Assembly: GCF_036321535.1 (NCBI RefSeq)
Contig: NC_087436.1
Coordinates: forward strand, 1,736,001-1,800,000
Length of the DNA stretch: 64,000 nt
Reading direction: 5' to 3'
Source: Camelus dromedarius
Taxonomy: Eukaryota
A program made the translations under genes and the position numbers. Below the pieces are notes generated by a model, which was not told the DNA's origin, ran no database searches, and saw nothing but the letters and a program-made list of their open reading frames with translations. The first letter of the stretch is position 1. The number at the start of each line of letters is the position of its first letter. Positions 12,401 to 24,664 of this stretch are shown here, piece after piece.

Positions 12401-14100
12401 TACCACCCCATATATATGTATGGAGTGGAGTTTGCAAATGAAAAGAAACTTTGCGTTCCCAACAAGCTAGGTGAAGGACGGCTTTCACACACAATTATAT
12501 CTCAGAACTGAGCATGTGGAGAGACGTTCGTTCATCTAGCACAAAGGGAACGGTTTGAAGGAGAAAATTTACTCTCGTTTCTCAGTCTGTTTCCTACTGC
12601 CGGTTTGAATTTCCTACAGTTTTCACTGTAAAACAGAGTTTTAGCTAGTATCTCCCCATATATATGTATAGAGTGGAGTTTGCAACTGAAAAGACACTTT
12701 GTGCTCCCAACAAGCTAAGTGAAATACGGCTTTCACACACACTTATCTCTCAGAACTGAGCATGTGGAGAGACGTTCGTTCATCTAGCCCAAAGGGAACG
12801 GGTTGCAGGTGAAATTTTACTCTGGTTTTTATTCTGTTTCCTACTACCGGTTGGAAGTTCCTGCAGTTTTCACTTTATATCCGAGTTGGAGCTAGTACCT
12901 CCCAATATATATGTATGGGGTGGAGTTGGCAACTGAAAATAAACATTGTGTTCCCAACAAGCTAGGTGAAATACGGCCTTCACACACACTTATCTCTCAG
13001 AACTGAGCATGTGGAGAGAAGTTCGTTCATCTAGCACAAAGGGAACGGGTTGCAGGAGAAACTTTTACTCTGGTTTCTCAGTCTGTTTCCTACTGCCAGT
13101 TCGAAGTTCCTGCAGTTTTTTCTGTGAAACGGAATTGGAGCTAGTACCTCCCCATATATATGTATGGAGTGGAGTTTGCAACTGAAAATAAACTTTGTGT
13201 TCCCAACAATCTAGGTTAAGGACGGCTTACACACACAATTATCTCTCAGAACTGAGCATTTGGAGAGACGTTCGTTCATCTAGCACAAAGGGAACGGGTT
13301 GCAGGAGAAACTTTTACTCTGGTTTCACAGTCTGTTTCCTAGTGCCGATTTGAAGTTCCAGCAGTTTTCACTGTAAAACCGAGTTGGTGCTAGTACCTCC
13401 CCATATATATATGTATGGAGTGGAGTTTGCAACTGAAAAGAAACTTTGTGTTCCCAACAAGCTAGTTGAAGCACGGCTTTCACACACACTTATCTCTCAG
13501 AACTGAGCATGTGGAGTGACGTTCGTTCATCTAGCACAAAGGGAACGGTTTGCAGGAGAAACTTTTACTCTGGTTTCTCAGTCTGTTTCCTACTGCCGGT
13601 TTGAAGTTCCTGCAGTTTTCACTGTAAACACGAGTTGGAGCTAGTACCACACCATATATATATATGGATAGCAGTTTGCAACTGAAAAGAAACTTTGTGT
13701 TCCCAACAAGCTAGGTGAAGGACGGCTTTCACACACACTTATCTCTCAGAACTGAGCATGTGAAGAGACTTTCGTTCATCTAGCACAAAGGGAATGTGTT
13801 GCAGGATAAACTTTTACTCTGGTTTCTCAGTCTGTTTCCAAGTGCCGGTTTGAATTTCCTGCAGTTTTCACTCTAAAACAGAGTTGGAGCTAGTACCTCC
13901 CCATATATAAGTATGGAGTGGAGTTTGCAATTGAAAAGAAACTTTGTGTTCAGTACAAGCTAGGTGAAGGACGGCTTTCACACACACTTATCTCTCAGAA
14001 CTGAGCATGTGGAGAGACGTTCGTTCATCTAGCACAAATGGAATGGGTTGCAGGAGAAACTATTTCTCTAGGATCTCAGTCTGTTTCCTAGTGCCGGTTT
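499..14100. repeat. Higher-order repeat domain: 16-monomer HOR (~3983 bp) with 13- and 15-monomer deletion variants
   Basis: The private variant TAGCCCAAA occurs at 1836, 5070, 8802 and 12785. Spacings are 3234, 3732 and 3983 bp, i.e. 13, 15 and 16 monomers. Neighbouring variants (AGACACTTTGTGCTCC, GAGAAGTTCG, TAGGATCTC, CGGTATACAGG) recur in the same order. Confidence 0.93.
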
Positions 14101-17100
14101 GAAGTTCCTGCAGATTTCACTGTAAAAGCGAGTTGGAGTTTGTACCTACCCATATATATGTACGGATTAGAGTTTGCAACTGAAAAGAATCTTTGTGTTC
14201 CCAACAAGCTAGGTGAAGGACGGCTTTCACACACACTTATCTCTCAGAACTGAGCATGTGGAGAGACGTTCGTTCATCTAGCACAAAGGGAACGTGTTGC
14301 AGGAGAAACTTTTACTCTGGTTTCTCAGTCTGTTTCCTACTGCCAGTTCGAAGTTCCTGCAGTTTTCTTTGTGAAACCGAATTGGAGCTAGTACCTCCCC
14401 ATATATATGTATGGAGTGGAGTTTGCAACTGAAAAGAAACTTTGTGTTCCCAACAAGCTAGTTGAATGACGGCTTACACACACACTTATCTCTCAGAACT
14501 GAGCATGTGGAGTGACGTTCTTTCATCTAGCACAAAGGGAACGGTTTGCAGGAGAATCTTTTTCTCTGGTTTCTCAGTCTGTTCCCTACTGCCGGTTTGA
14601 AGTTCCTGCAGTTTTCACTGTAAACACGAGTTGGAGCTAGTACCACCCCATATATATGTATGGATAGCAGTTTGCAACTGAAAAGAAACTTTGTGTTCCC
14701 AACAAGCTAGGTGAAGGACGGCTTTCACACACACTTATCTCTCAGAATTGAGCATGTGGAGAGAGGTTCGTTCATCTAGCAAAAATGGAATGGGTTGCAG
14801 GAGAAACTTTTTCTCTGGATTCTCAGTCTGTTTCCTAGTGCCGGTTTGATGTTCCTGCAGTTTTCACTGTAAAACAGTGTTGGAGCTATTACCTCCCCAT
14901 ATATATGTATGGAGTGGAGTTTGCAACTGAAAAGAAACTTTGTGTTCAAAACAAGTTAGGTGAAGGACGGCTTTCACACACATTTGTCTCTGAGAACTGA
15001 GCATGTTGAGAGACTTTCGTTCATCTAGCACAAATGGAAAGGGTTGCAGGTGAAACTTTTTCTCTGTTTTCTCAGTCTGTTTCCTAGTGCCGGTTTGAAG
15101 TTCTAACAGTTTTCACTGTAAAACCGAGTTGGTGCTAGTACCACCCCATATATATGTATGGAGTGGAGTTTGCAACTGAAAAGAAACTTTGCGTTCCCAA
15201 CAAGCTATGTGAAGGACGGCTTTCACACACACTCATCTCTCAGAACTGAGTATGAGGAGAGACGTTCGTTCATCTAGCACAAAGGGAACGGTTTGCAGGA
15301 GAAACTTTTACTCTGGTTTCTCAGTCTGTTTCCTAGTGCCGGTTTGATTTTCCTGCAGTTTTCACTCTAAAACAGAGTTGGAGCTAGTACTTCCCCATAT
15401 ATAAGTATGGAGTGGAGTTTGCATTTGAAAAGAAACTTTGTGTTCAGTACAAGCTAGGTGAAGGACGGCTTTCACACACACTTATCTCTCAGAACTGAGC
15501 ATGTGGAGAGACGTTCGTTCATCTAGCACAAATGGAATGGGTTGCAGGAGAAACTTTTTCTCTAGGTTCTCAGTCTGTTTCCTAGTGCCGGTTTGATATT
15601 CCTGCAGTTTTCACTGTAAAACAGAGTTGGAGCTATTACCTCCCCATATATATGTATGGAGTGGAGTTTGCAACTGAAAAGAAACTATGTGTTCAGAACC
15701 AGCTAGGTGAAGGACGGCTTTCACACACATTTATCTCTGAGAACTGAGCATGTTGAGAGACTTTCGTTCATCTAGCACAAAGGGAAAGGGTTGCAGGTGA
15801 AACTTTTTCTGTGTTTTCTCAGTCTGTTTCCTAGTGCCGGTTTGAAGTTCTAGCAGTTTTCACTGTAAAACCGATTTGGTGCTAGTACCACCCCATATAC
15901 ATGTATGGAGTGGAGTTTGCAACTGAAAAGAAACTTTGCGTTTCAAACATGCTATATGAAGGACGGCTTTAACACACACTTATCTCTCAGAACTGAGCAT
16001 GTGGAGAGACGATCGTTCATCTAGCACAATAAGAACGGGTTTCAGGAGAAAATTTTACTCTGGATTCTCACTCTGTTTCCTAGTGCCGGTTTGAACTTCC
16101 TGCAGATTTCACTGTAAAAGCGAGTTGGAGTTTGTACCTACCCATATATATGTATGGATTAGAGTTTGCAACTGAAAAGAATCTTTGTGTTCCCAACAAG
16201 CTTGGTGAAGGACGGCTTTCACACACACTTATCTCTCAGAACTGAGCATGTGGAGAGACGTTCGTTCATCTAGCACAAAGGGAACGTGTTGCAGGAGAAA
16301 CTTTTACTCTGGTTTCTCAGTCTGTTTCCTACTGCCAGTTCGAAGTTCCTGCAGTTTTCTTTGTGAAACCGAATTGGAGCTAGTACCTCCCCATATATAT
16401 GTATGGAGTGGAGTTTGCAACTGAAAAGAAACTTTGTGTTCCCAGCAAGCTAGGTGAAGGACGGCTTACACACACACATATCTCTCAGAACTGAGCATGT
16501 GGAGTGACGTTCTTTCATCTAGCACAAAGGGAACGGTTTGCAGGAGAAATTTTACTCTGGTTTCTCAGTCTGTTCCCTACTGCCGGTTTGAAGTTCCTGC
16601 AGTTTTCACTGTAAACACGAGTTGGAGCTAGTACCACCCCATATATATGTATGGATAGCAGTTTGCAACTGAAAAGAAACTTTGTGTTCCCAACAAGCTA
16701 GGTGAAGGACGGCTTTCACACACACTTATCTCTCAGAACTGAGCATGTGGAGAGACGTTCGTTCATCTAGCACAAATGGAATGGGTTGCAGGAGAAACTT
16801 TTTCTCTGGATTCTCAGTCTGTTTCCTAGTGCCGGTTTGATGTTCCAGCAGTTTTCACTGTAAAACAGTGTTGGAGCTAGTACCTCCCCATATATATGTA
16901 TGGAGTGGAGTTTGCAACTGAAAAGAATCTTTGTGTTCAAAACAAGTTAGGTGAAGGACGGCTTTCACACACGTTTATCTCTGAGAACTGAGCATGTTGA
17001 GAGACTTTCGTTCATCTAGCACAAAGGGAAAGGGTTGCATGTGAAACTTTTTCTCTGTTTTCTCAGTCTGTTTCCTAGTGCCGGTTTGAAGTTCTAACAT

Positions 17101-17180
17101 TTTTCACTGTAAAACCGAGTTGGTGCTAGTACCACCCCATATATATGTATGGAGTGGAGTTTGCAACTGAAAAGAAACTT
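14090..17180. repeat. 8-monomer HOR-like unit (1991 bp), about 1.5 tandem copies, related to the 16-mer
   Basis: CAGATTTCACTGTAAAAGCG occurs at 14112 and 16103, and AAAACAGTGTTGG at 14871 and 16862 (offset 1991). GTGACGTTCTTTCATC and GTTCCCTACT are also shared. Confidence 0.88.
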
Positions 17181-20100
17181 TGTGTTCCCAACAAGCTATA
17201 TGAAGGACGGCTTTCACACACACTTTTCTCTCAGATCTGAGCAAGTGGAGAGACGTTCGTTCATCTAGCACAAAGGGAACGGTTTGCAGGAGAAACTTTT
17301 ACTCTGGTTTCCCAGTCTGTTTCCTAGTGCCGGTTTGAAGTTCCTGCAGTTTTCACTGTAAAACAGATTTGGAGCTAGTACCTCCCCATATATATGTAGG
17401 GAGTGGAGTTTGCAAGTGAAAAGAAACATTGTGTTAACAAAAAGCTAGTTGAAGGACGGCTTTCACACACACTTATCTCTCAGAACTGAGCATGTGGAGA
17501 GACGTTCGTTCATCAAGCACAAAAGGAACGGGTTGCAGAAGAAACTTTTACTCTGGTTTCTCAGTCTGTTTCCTACTGCCTGTTTGAAGTTCCTGAAGTT
17601 TTAACTGTAAAACCGATTTGGAGCTAGTACCTACCCATATATATGTATGGAGTGGTTTTGCAACTTAAAAGAAACTTTGTGTTCCCAACAAGCTAAGTGA
17701 AGGACGGCTTTCACACACACTTATCTCTCAGAACTGAGCATGTGGAGAGACGTTCGTTCATCTAGCACAAAGGGAACGGGTTGCAGGAGAAACATTTACT
17801 CTGGTCTCTCAGTCTGTTTCCTAGTGCCATTTTGAAGTTCCTGCAGTTTTCACTGTAATACCGGGTTGGAGCTAGAACCTCCCCATATATATGTATGGAG
17901 TGGAGTTTCAAATGAAAAGAAACTTTGTGTTCCCAACAAGCTAGGTGAAGGACGGCTTTCACACACACTTATCTCTCAGAAATGAGCATGTGGAGAGACG
18001 TTCGTTCATCTAACACAAAGGGAACGTGTTGCAGGAGAAACTTTTACTCTGGTTTCTCAGTCTGTTTCCTAGTGTTGGTTTGAAGATCCTGCAGTTTTCA
18101 CTGTAAAAAAAAGTTGGAGCTAGTACCTCCCCATATATATGTATGAAGTGGAGTTTGCAACTGAAAAGAAACTTTGTGTTCCCAACAAGCTAGGTGAAGT
18201 ACGGCTTTCACACACACTTATCTCTCAGAACTGAGCATGTGGAGAGACGTTCGTTCATCTAGCACAAAGGGAACAGTTTGCAGGAGAAACTTTTACTCTG
18301 GTTTCTCAGATGGTTTCCTAGTGCCGGTTTGAAGTTCCTGCAGTTTTCACTGTAAAACCGAGTTGGAGCTAGTACCTCCCCATATATATTACTATGGAGT
18401 GGAGTTTGCAAGTGAAAAGAAACTTTGTGTTCCCAACAAGCTAGGTGAAGAACGGCTTTCACACACACTTATCTCTCAGAACTGAGCATGTGGAGAGGCG
18501 TTCGTTCATCTAGCACAAAGGGAATGGGTTGCATGAGAAACTATTTCTCTGGTTTCTCAGTCTGTTTCCTGTTGCCGGTTTGAAGTTCCTGCAGTATTCA
18601 CTGTAAAACCGAGTTGGGGCTAGTACATACCCATATATATGTCTGGAGTGGTGTTTGCAAGTGAAAAGAAACTTTGTGTTCCCAAGAAGCTAGGTGAAGG
18701 ACGGCTTACACACACACTTATCTCTCAGAACTGAGCATGTGGGGAGACGTTCGTTCATCTAGCATAAATGGAACGGGTTGCAGGAGAAAGTTTTACTCTG
18801 GTATCTCAGTCTGTTTCCTAGAGTCGGTTTGAAGTTCCTGCAGTTTTCACTGTAAAACCGATTTGGAGCTAGTACCTCCCCATATATATATAAGGAGTGG
18901 AGTTTGCAACTGAAAAGAAACTTTGTGTTCCCAACAAGCTAGGTGAAGGACGGCTTTCAAACACACTGATCTCTCAGAACCGAGCATGTGGAGAGACGTT
19001 CGTTCATCTAGCAAAAACGGAACGATTGGCAGGTGTAACTTTTACTCAGTATTCTCAGTCTGTTTCCTAGTGCCGGTTTGAATTTCCTGCAGTTTTCACT
19101 GTAAAACCGAGTTGGAGCTAGTACCTCCCCATATATATGTATGGAGTCGAGTTTGCAATTGAAAAGAAACTTTGTTTTCCCAACAAGCTAGGTGAAGGAC
19201 GGCTTTCACACACACATATCTCTCAGAACTAAGCATGTGGAGAGACTTTCGTTCATCTAGCACAAAGGGAACGGGTTGCAGGAGAAACTTTTACTCTGGT
19301 TTCTCAGTCTGTTTCCCTTTGCCGGTTTGAAGTTCCTGCAGTTTTCACTGTAAACCCGAGTTGGGGTTAGTACCTACCCATATATTTGTATGGAGTGGAG
19401 TTTGAAATTGAAAAGAAACTCTGTGTTCCCAAGAAGCTAGGTGAAGGCGGCTTTCACACACAATTATCTATCAGGATTGAGCATGTGGAGAGACGTTCGT
19501 TCATCTAGCAAAAATGGAACGGGTTGCAGGAGAAACTTTTACTCTGGTTTCTCAGTCTGTTTCCTAGTGCCGGTTTGAAGTTCCTGCAGTTTTCACTGTA
19601 AAACCGAGTTGGAGCTAGTACCTCCCCATATATATGTATGGTGTGGGGTTTGCAACTGAAAAGAAACTTTGTGTTCCCAACAAGCTAGGTGAAGTACGGC
19701 TTTCACACACACATATCTCTCAGAACTGAGCATGTGGATAGACGTTCGTTCATCTAGCACAAAGCGAACGGGTTGCAGGAGAAACTTTTTCTCTGGGTTC
19801 TCTGTCTGTTTCCTAGTGCTGGTTTGAAGTTCCTGAAGTTTTCACTGTAAAACCGAGTTATAGCTAGTACCACCCCATATATATGTATGGAGAGGGGTTT
19901 GCATCTGAAAAGAAACTTTGTGTTCCCAAAAAGCTATGTGAAGGACGGCTTTCACACACAATTATATCTCAGAACTGAGCATGTGGAGAGACGTTCGTTC
20001 ATCTAGCACAAATGGATCGGGTTGCAGGAGAAACTTTTACTCTGGTTTCTCAGTCTGTTTCCTAGTGCCGGTTTGAAGTTCCTGCAGTTTTCACTGTAAA

Positions 20101-20377
20101 ACCAAGTTGGAGCTAGTACCTCCCCATATATATGTATGGAGTGGAGTTTGCAACTGAAAAGAAACTTTGTGTTTCCAACAAGCTAGGTGAAGTACGGCTT
20201 TCACACACAATTATCTCTCAGAAATGAGCATGTGGAGAGACGTTCGTTCATCTAGCACAAAGGGAACGGGTTGCAGGGAAACTTTTACTCTGGATTCTCA
20301 GTCTCTTTCTTAGTGCCGGTTTGAAGTTAATGCATTTTTCACTGTAAAACCGAGTTGGAGCTAGTACTTCCCCATAT

Positions 20378-22900
20378 ATATGTATGGAGTGGAGTTTGCA
20401 ACTGAAAAGAAACTTTGTATTCCAAACAAGCTAGGTGAAGGACGGCTTTCACACACATGTATCTCTCAGAACTGAGAATGTGGAGAGACGTTCGTTCATC
20501 TAGCACAATGGGAACGGGTTGCAGGAGAAACATTTACTCTGCTTTCTCAGTCTGTTTCCTAGTGCCATTTTGAAGTTCCTGCAGTTTTCACTGTACTACC
20601 GAGTTGGAGCTAGAACCTCCCCATATATATGTATGGAGTGGAGTTTCAACTGAAAAGAAACTTTGTGTTCCCAACAAGCTAGGTGAAGTACGGCTTTCAC
20701 ACACAATTATCTCACAGAACTGAGCATGTGGAGATACGTTCGTTCATCTAGCACAAAGGGAACGGATTGCAGGATAAACTTATTCTCTGGGTTCTCTCTC
20801 TGTTTCCTAGTGCCGGTTTGAAGTTCCTGAAGTTTTCACTGTAAAAACGAGTTGGAGCTAGTACCTGCCCATATATATGTATGGATTGGAGTTTGCAACT
20901 GAAAAGAAACTTTGTGTTCCCAAGAATCAAGGTGAAGGACGGCTTTCACACACAATTATCTCTCAGAACTGAGCATGTGAAGAGACATTCGTTCATCTAG
21001 CACAAAGGGAACCGGTTGCAGGAGAAAATTTTACTCTGGTTTCTCAGACTTTTTCCTAGTGCCGGTTTGAATTTCCTGCAGTTTTCACTGTAAAACCGAG
21101 TTGGAGCTAGTACCTCCCCATATGTAAGTATGGAGTGGAGTTTGCAACTGAAAAGGATCTTTGTGTTCCCTACAAGCTAGTTGAAGGACGGCTTTCACAC
21201 ACACTTATCTCTCAGTAATGAGCATGTGAAGAGACGTTCGTTCATCTAGCACAAAAGGAAAGTGTTGCAGGAGAAACTTTTACTCTGGTTTCTCAGTCTG
21301 TTTCCTAGTGCAGGTTTGAATTTCCTGCAGTTTTCACTGTAAAACCGAGTTGGAGCTAGTACATTCCCATATATATGTATGGAGTGGGGTATGCAACTGA
21401 AAAGTAAATATGTGTTCCCAAAAAGCTAGGTGAAGTACGGCTTTCACACACACTTATCTCTCAGAACTGAGCATGTGGAGAGACGTTCGTTCACCTAGCA
21501 AACAAGGAATGATTTGCAGGAATAACTTTTACTCTGGTTTTCAGTCTGTTTCCTAGTGCCATATTGAAGTTCCTGCAGTTTTCACTGTAATAACGAGTTG
21601 GAGCTAGTACCTCCCCATAAATATGTATGGAGTGGAGTTTGCAACTGAAAAGAAACTTTGTATTCCAAACAAGCTAGGTGAAGGACGGCTTTCACACACA
21701 TGTATCTCTCAGAACTGAGAATGTGGAGAGACGTTCGTTCATCTAGCACAATGGGAACGGGTTGCAGGAGAAACATTTACTCTGCTTTCTCAGTCTGTTT
21801 CCTAGTGCCATTTTGAAGTTCCTGCAGTTTTCACTGTACTACCGAGTTGGAGCTAGAACCTCCCCATATATATGTATGGAGTGGAGTTTCAACTGAAAAG
21901 AAACTTTGTGTTCCCAACAAGCTAGGTGAAGTACGGCTTTCACACACAATTATCTCACAGAACTGAGCATGTGGAGATACGTTCGTTCATCTAGCACAAA
22001 GGGAACGGATTGCAGGATAAACTTATTCTCTGGGTTCTCTCTCTGTTTCCTAGTGCCGGTTTGAAGTTCCTGAAGTTTTCACTGTAAAAACGAGTTGGAG
22101 CTAGTACCTGCCCATATATATGTATGGATTGGAGTTTGCAACTGAAAAGAAACTTTGTGTTCCCAAGAATCAAGGTGAAGGACGGCTTTCACACACAATT
22201 ATCTCTCAGAACTGAGCATGTGAAGAGACATTCGTTCATCTAGCACAAAGGGAACCGGTTGCAGGAGAAAATTTTACTCTGGTTTCTCAGACTTTTTCCT
22301 AGTGCCGGTTTGAATTTCCTGCAGTTTTCACTGTAAAACCGAGTTGGAGCTAGTACCTCCCCATATGTAAGTATGGAGTGGAGTTTGCAACTGAAAAGGA
22401 TCTTTGTGTTCCCTACAAGGTAGTTGAAGGACGGCTTTCACACACACTTATCTCTCAGTAATGAGCATGTGAAGAGACGTTCGTTCATCTAGCACAAAAG
22501 GAAAGTGTTGCAGGAGAAACTTTTACTCTGGTTTCTCAGTCTGTTTCCTAGTGCAGGTTTGAATTTCCTGCAGTTTTCACTGTAAAACCGAGTTGGAGCT
22601 AGTACATTCCCATATATATGTATGGAGTGGGGTATGCAACTGAAAAGTAAATATGTGTTCCCAAAAAGCTAGGTGAAGTACGGCTTTCACACACACTTAT
22701 CTCTCAGAACTGAGCATGTGGAGAGACGTTCGTTCACCTAGCAAACAAGGAATGATTTGCAGGAATAACTTTTACTCTGGTTTTCAGTCTGTTTCCTAGT
22801 GCCATATTGAAGTTCCTGCAGTTTTCACTGTAATAACGAGTTGGAGCTAGTACCTCCCCATAAATATGTATGGAGTGGAGTTTGCAACTGAAAAGAAACT
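20378..22900. repeat. Near-perfect tandem duplication of a 5-monomer block (1243 bp)
   Basis: TGTATTCCAAAC occurs at 20416 and 21659. ORF translations at 20748..20930 and 21991..22173 are identical (offset 1243). CAAACAAGGAATGATTTG and AAAAGTAAATATG are each repeated at the same offset. Confidence 0.95.
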
Positions 22901-24664
22901 TTGTGTTCCCAACAAGCTAGGTGAAGTACGGCTTTCACACACAATTTTCTCTCAGAACTGAGCATGTGGAGAGACGTTCGTTCATAAAGCACAAAGGGAT
23001 CGGGATGCAGGAGAAACTTTTACTCTGTTTCTCAGTCAGTTTCCTAGTGCCGGTTTGAAGTTCCTGCTGTTTTCACTGTTAAACCGAGTTGGAGCTAGTA
23101 CCTCCCCATATATATGTATGGAGTGGAGTTTGAAACTGAAAAGAATCTTTGTGTTCCCAAGAAGCTAGGTGAAGTAATGCTTTCACACACACTTATCTCT
23201 CAGAACTGAGCATGTGGAGAGACGTTCGTTCATCTAGCACAAAGGGAACCTGTTGCAGGATAAACTTTTTCTCTGGGTTCTCTCACTGTTTCCTAGTGCC
23301 GGTTTGAAATTCCTGAAGTTTTCACTGTAAAACCGAGTTGGAGCTAGTACCTCCCCATATATATGTATGGAGTGGAGTTTGCAACTGAAAAGAAACTTTG
23401 TGTTCCCAACAATCTAGGTGAAGGACGGCTTTCACACACACATATCTCTCAGAACTGAGCATGTGGAGAGTCCTTCGTTCATCTAGCACAAAGGAAACGT
23501 GTTGCAGGAGAAACTTTTACTCTGGTTTCTCAGTCTGTTTCCTAGTGCCATTTTGAAGTTCTTGCTGTTTTCACTGTAATACCGAGTTGGAGCTAGTACC
23601 TCCCTTTAAATATGTATGGAGTGGAATTTGCAACTGAAAAGAAACATTTTGTTCCCAACAACTAGGTGAAGGACGGCTTTCACACACACTTATCTCTCAG
23701 AACTGAGCATGTGGAGAGTCGTTCATTCATCTAGCACAAAGGTAACGGATTTTAGGAGAAACTTTTACTCTGGTTTCTAAATCTGTTTCCTAGTGCCTGG
23801 TTGTAGTTCCTGCAGTTTTCACTGTAATAATGAGTTGGAGCTAGTACCTCCCCATAAATATGTATGGAGTGGAGTTTGCAACAGAAAAGTAACTTTGTGT
23901 TCCCAACAAGCTAGGTGAAGGACGGCTTTCTCACACACTTATCTCTCAGAACTGAACACGTAGAGAGACGCTCGTTCATGTAGCACAAAGGGAACGGGTT
24001 GCCGGGGAAACTTTTTCACTGGTTTCTCAGTCTTTTTCCTAGTGCCAGATTGAAGTTCCTGCAGTTTTCTCTGTAAAACCGAGTTGGCGCTCGTACCTCC
24101 CCATATATATGTAGGGAGTGGAGTTTGAAACTGAAAAGGAACTTTGTGTTCCCAACATGCTTGGTGAAGGACGGCTTTCACACACACTTATCTCTCAGAA
24201 CTGAGCATGTGGAGAGATGTTCGTTCATCTAGCACAAAGGGAACCGGTTGCAGGAGAAATTATATCTCTGGTTTCTCAGTCTGTTTCCTAGTACCGGTTT
24301 GAAGTTCCTGCAGTTTTCACTGTAAAACCGAGTTGGAGCTCGTACCTCCCCTTATATATATATGGATTGGAGTTTGTAAGTGAAAAGAAACTTTGTGTTC
24401 CCATCAAGCTATGTGTAGGACGGCTTTCACACACACTTATCTCTCAGAACTGAGCATGTGGAGAGACGTTCGTTCATCTAGCACAAAGGGAACCGGTTTC
24501 AGGAGAAATTTTATCTCTGGTTCCTCAGTCTGTTTCCTAGTGCCGGTTTGAAGTTCCAGCACTTTTCACCGTAAAACCGATTTGGAGCTCGTACCTCCCC
24601 ATATATATATATGGAGTGGAGTTTGCAAATGAAAAGAAACTTTGTGTTCCCAACTAGCTAGGTG

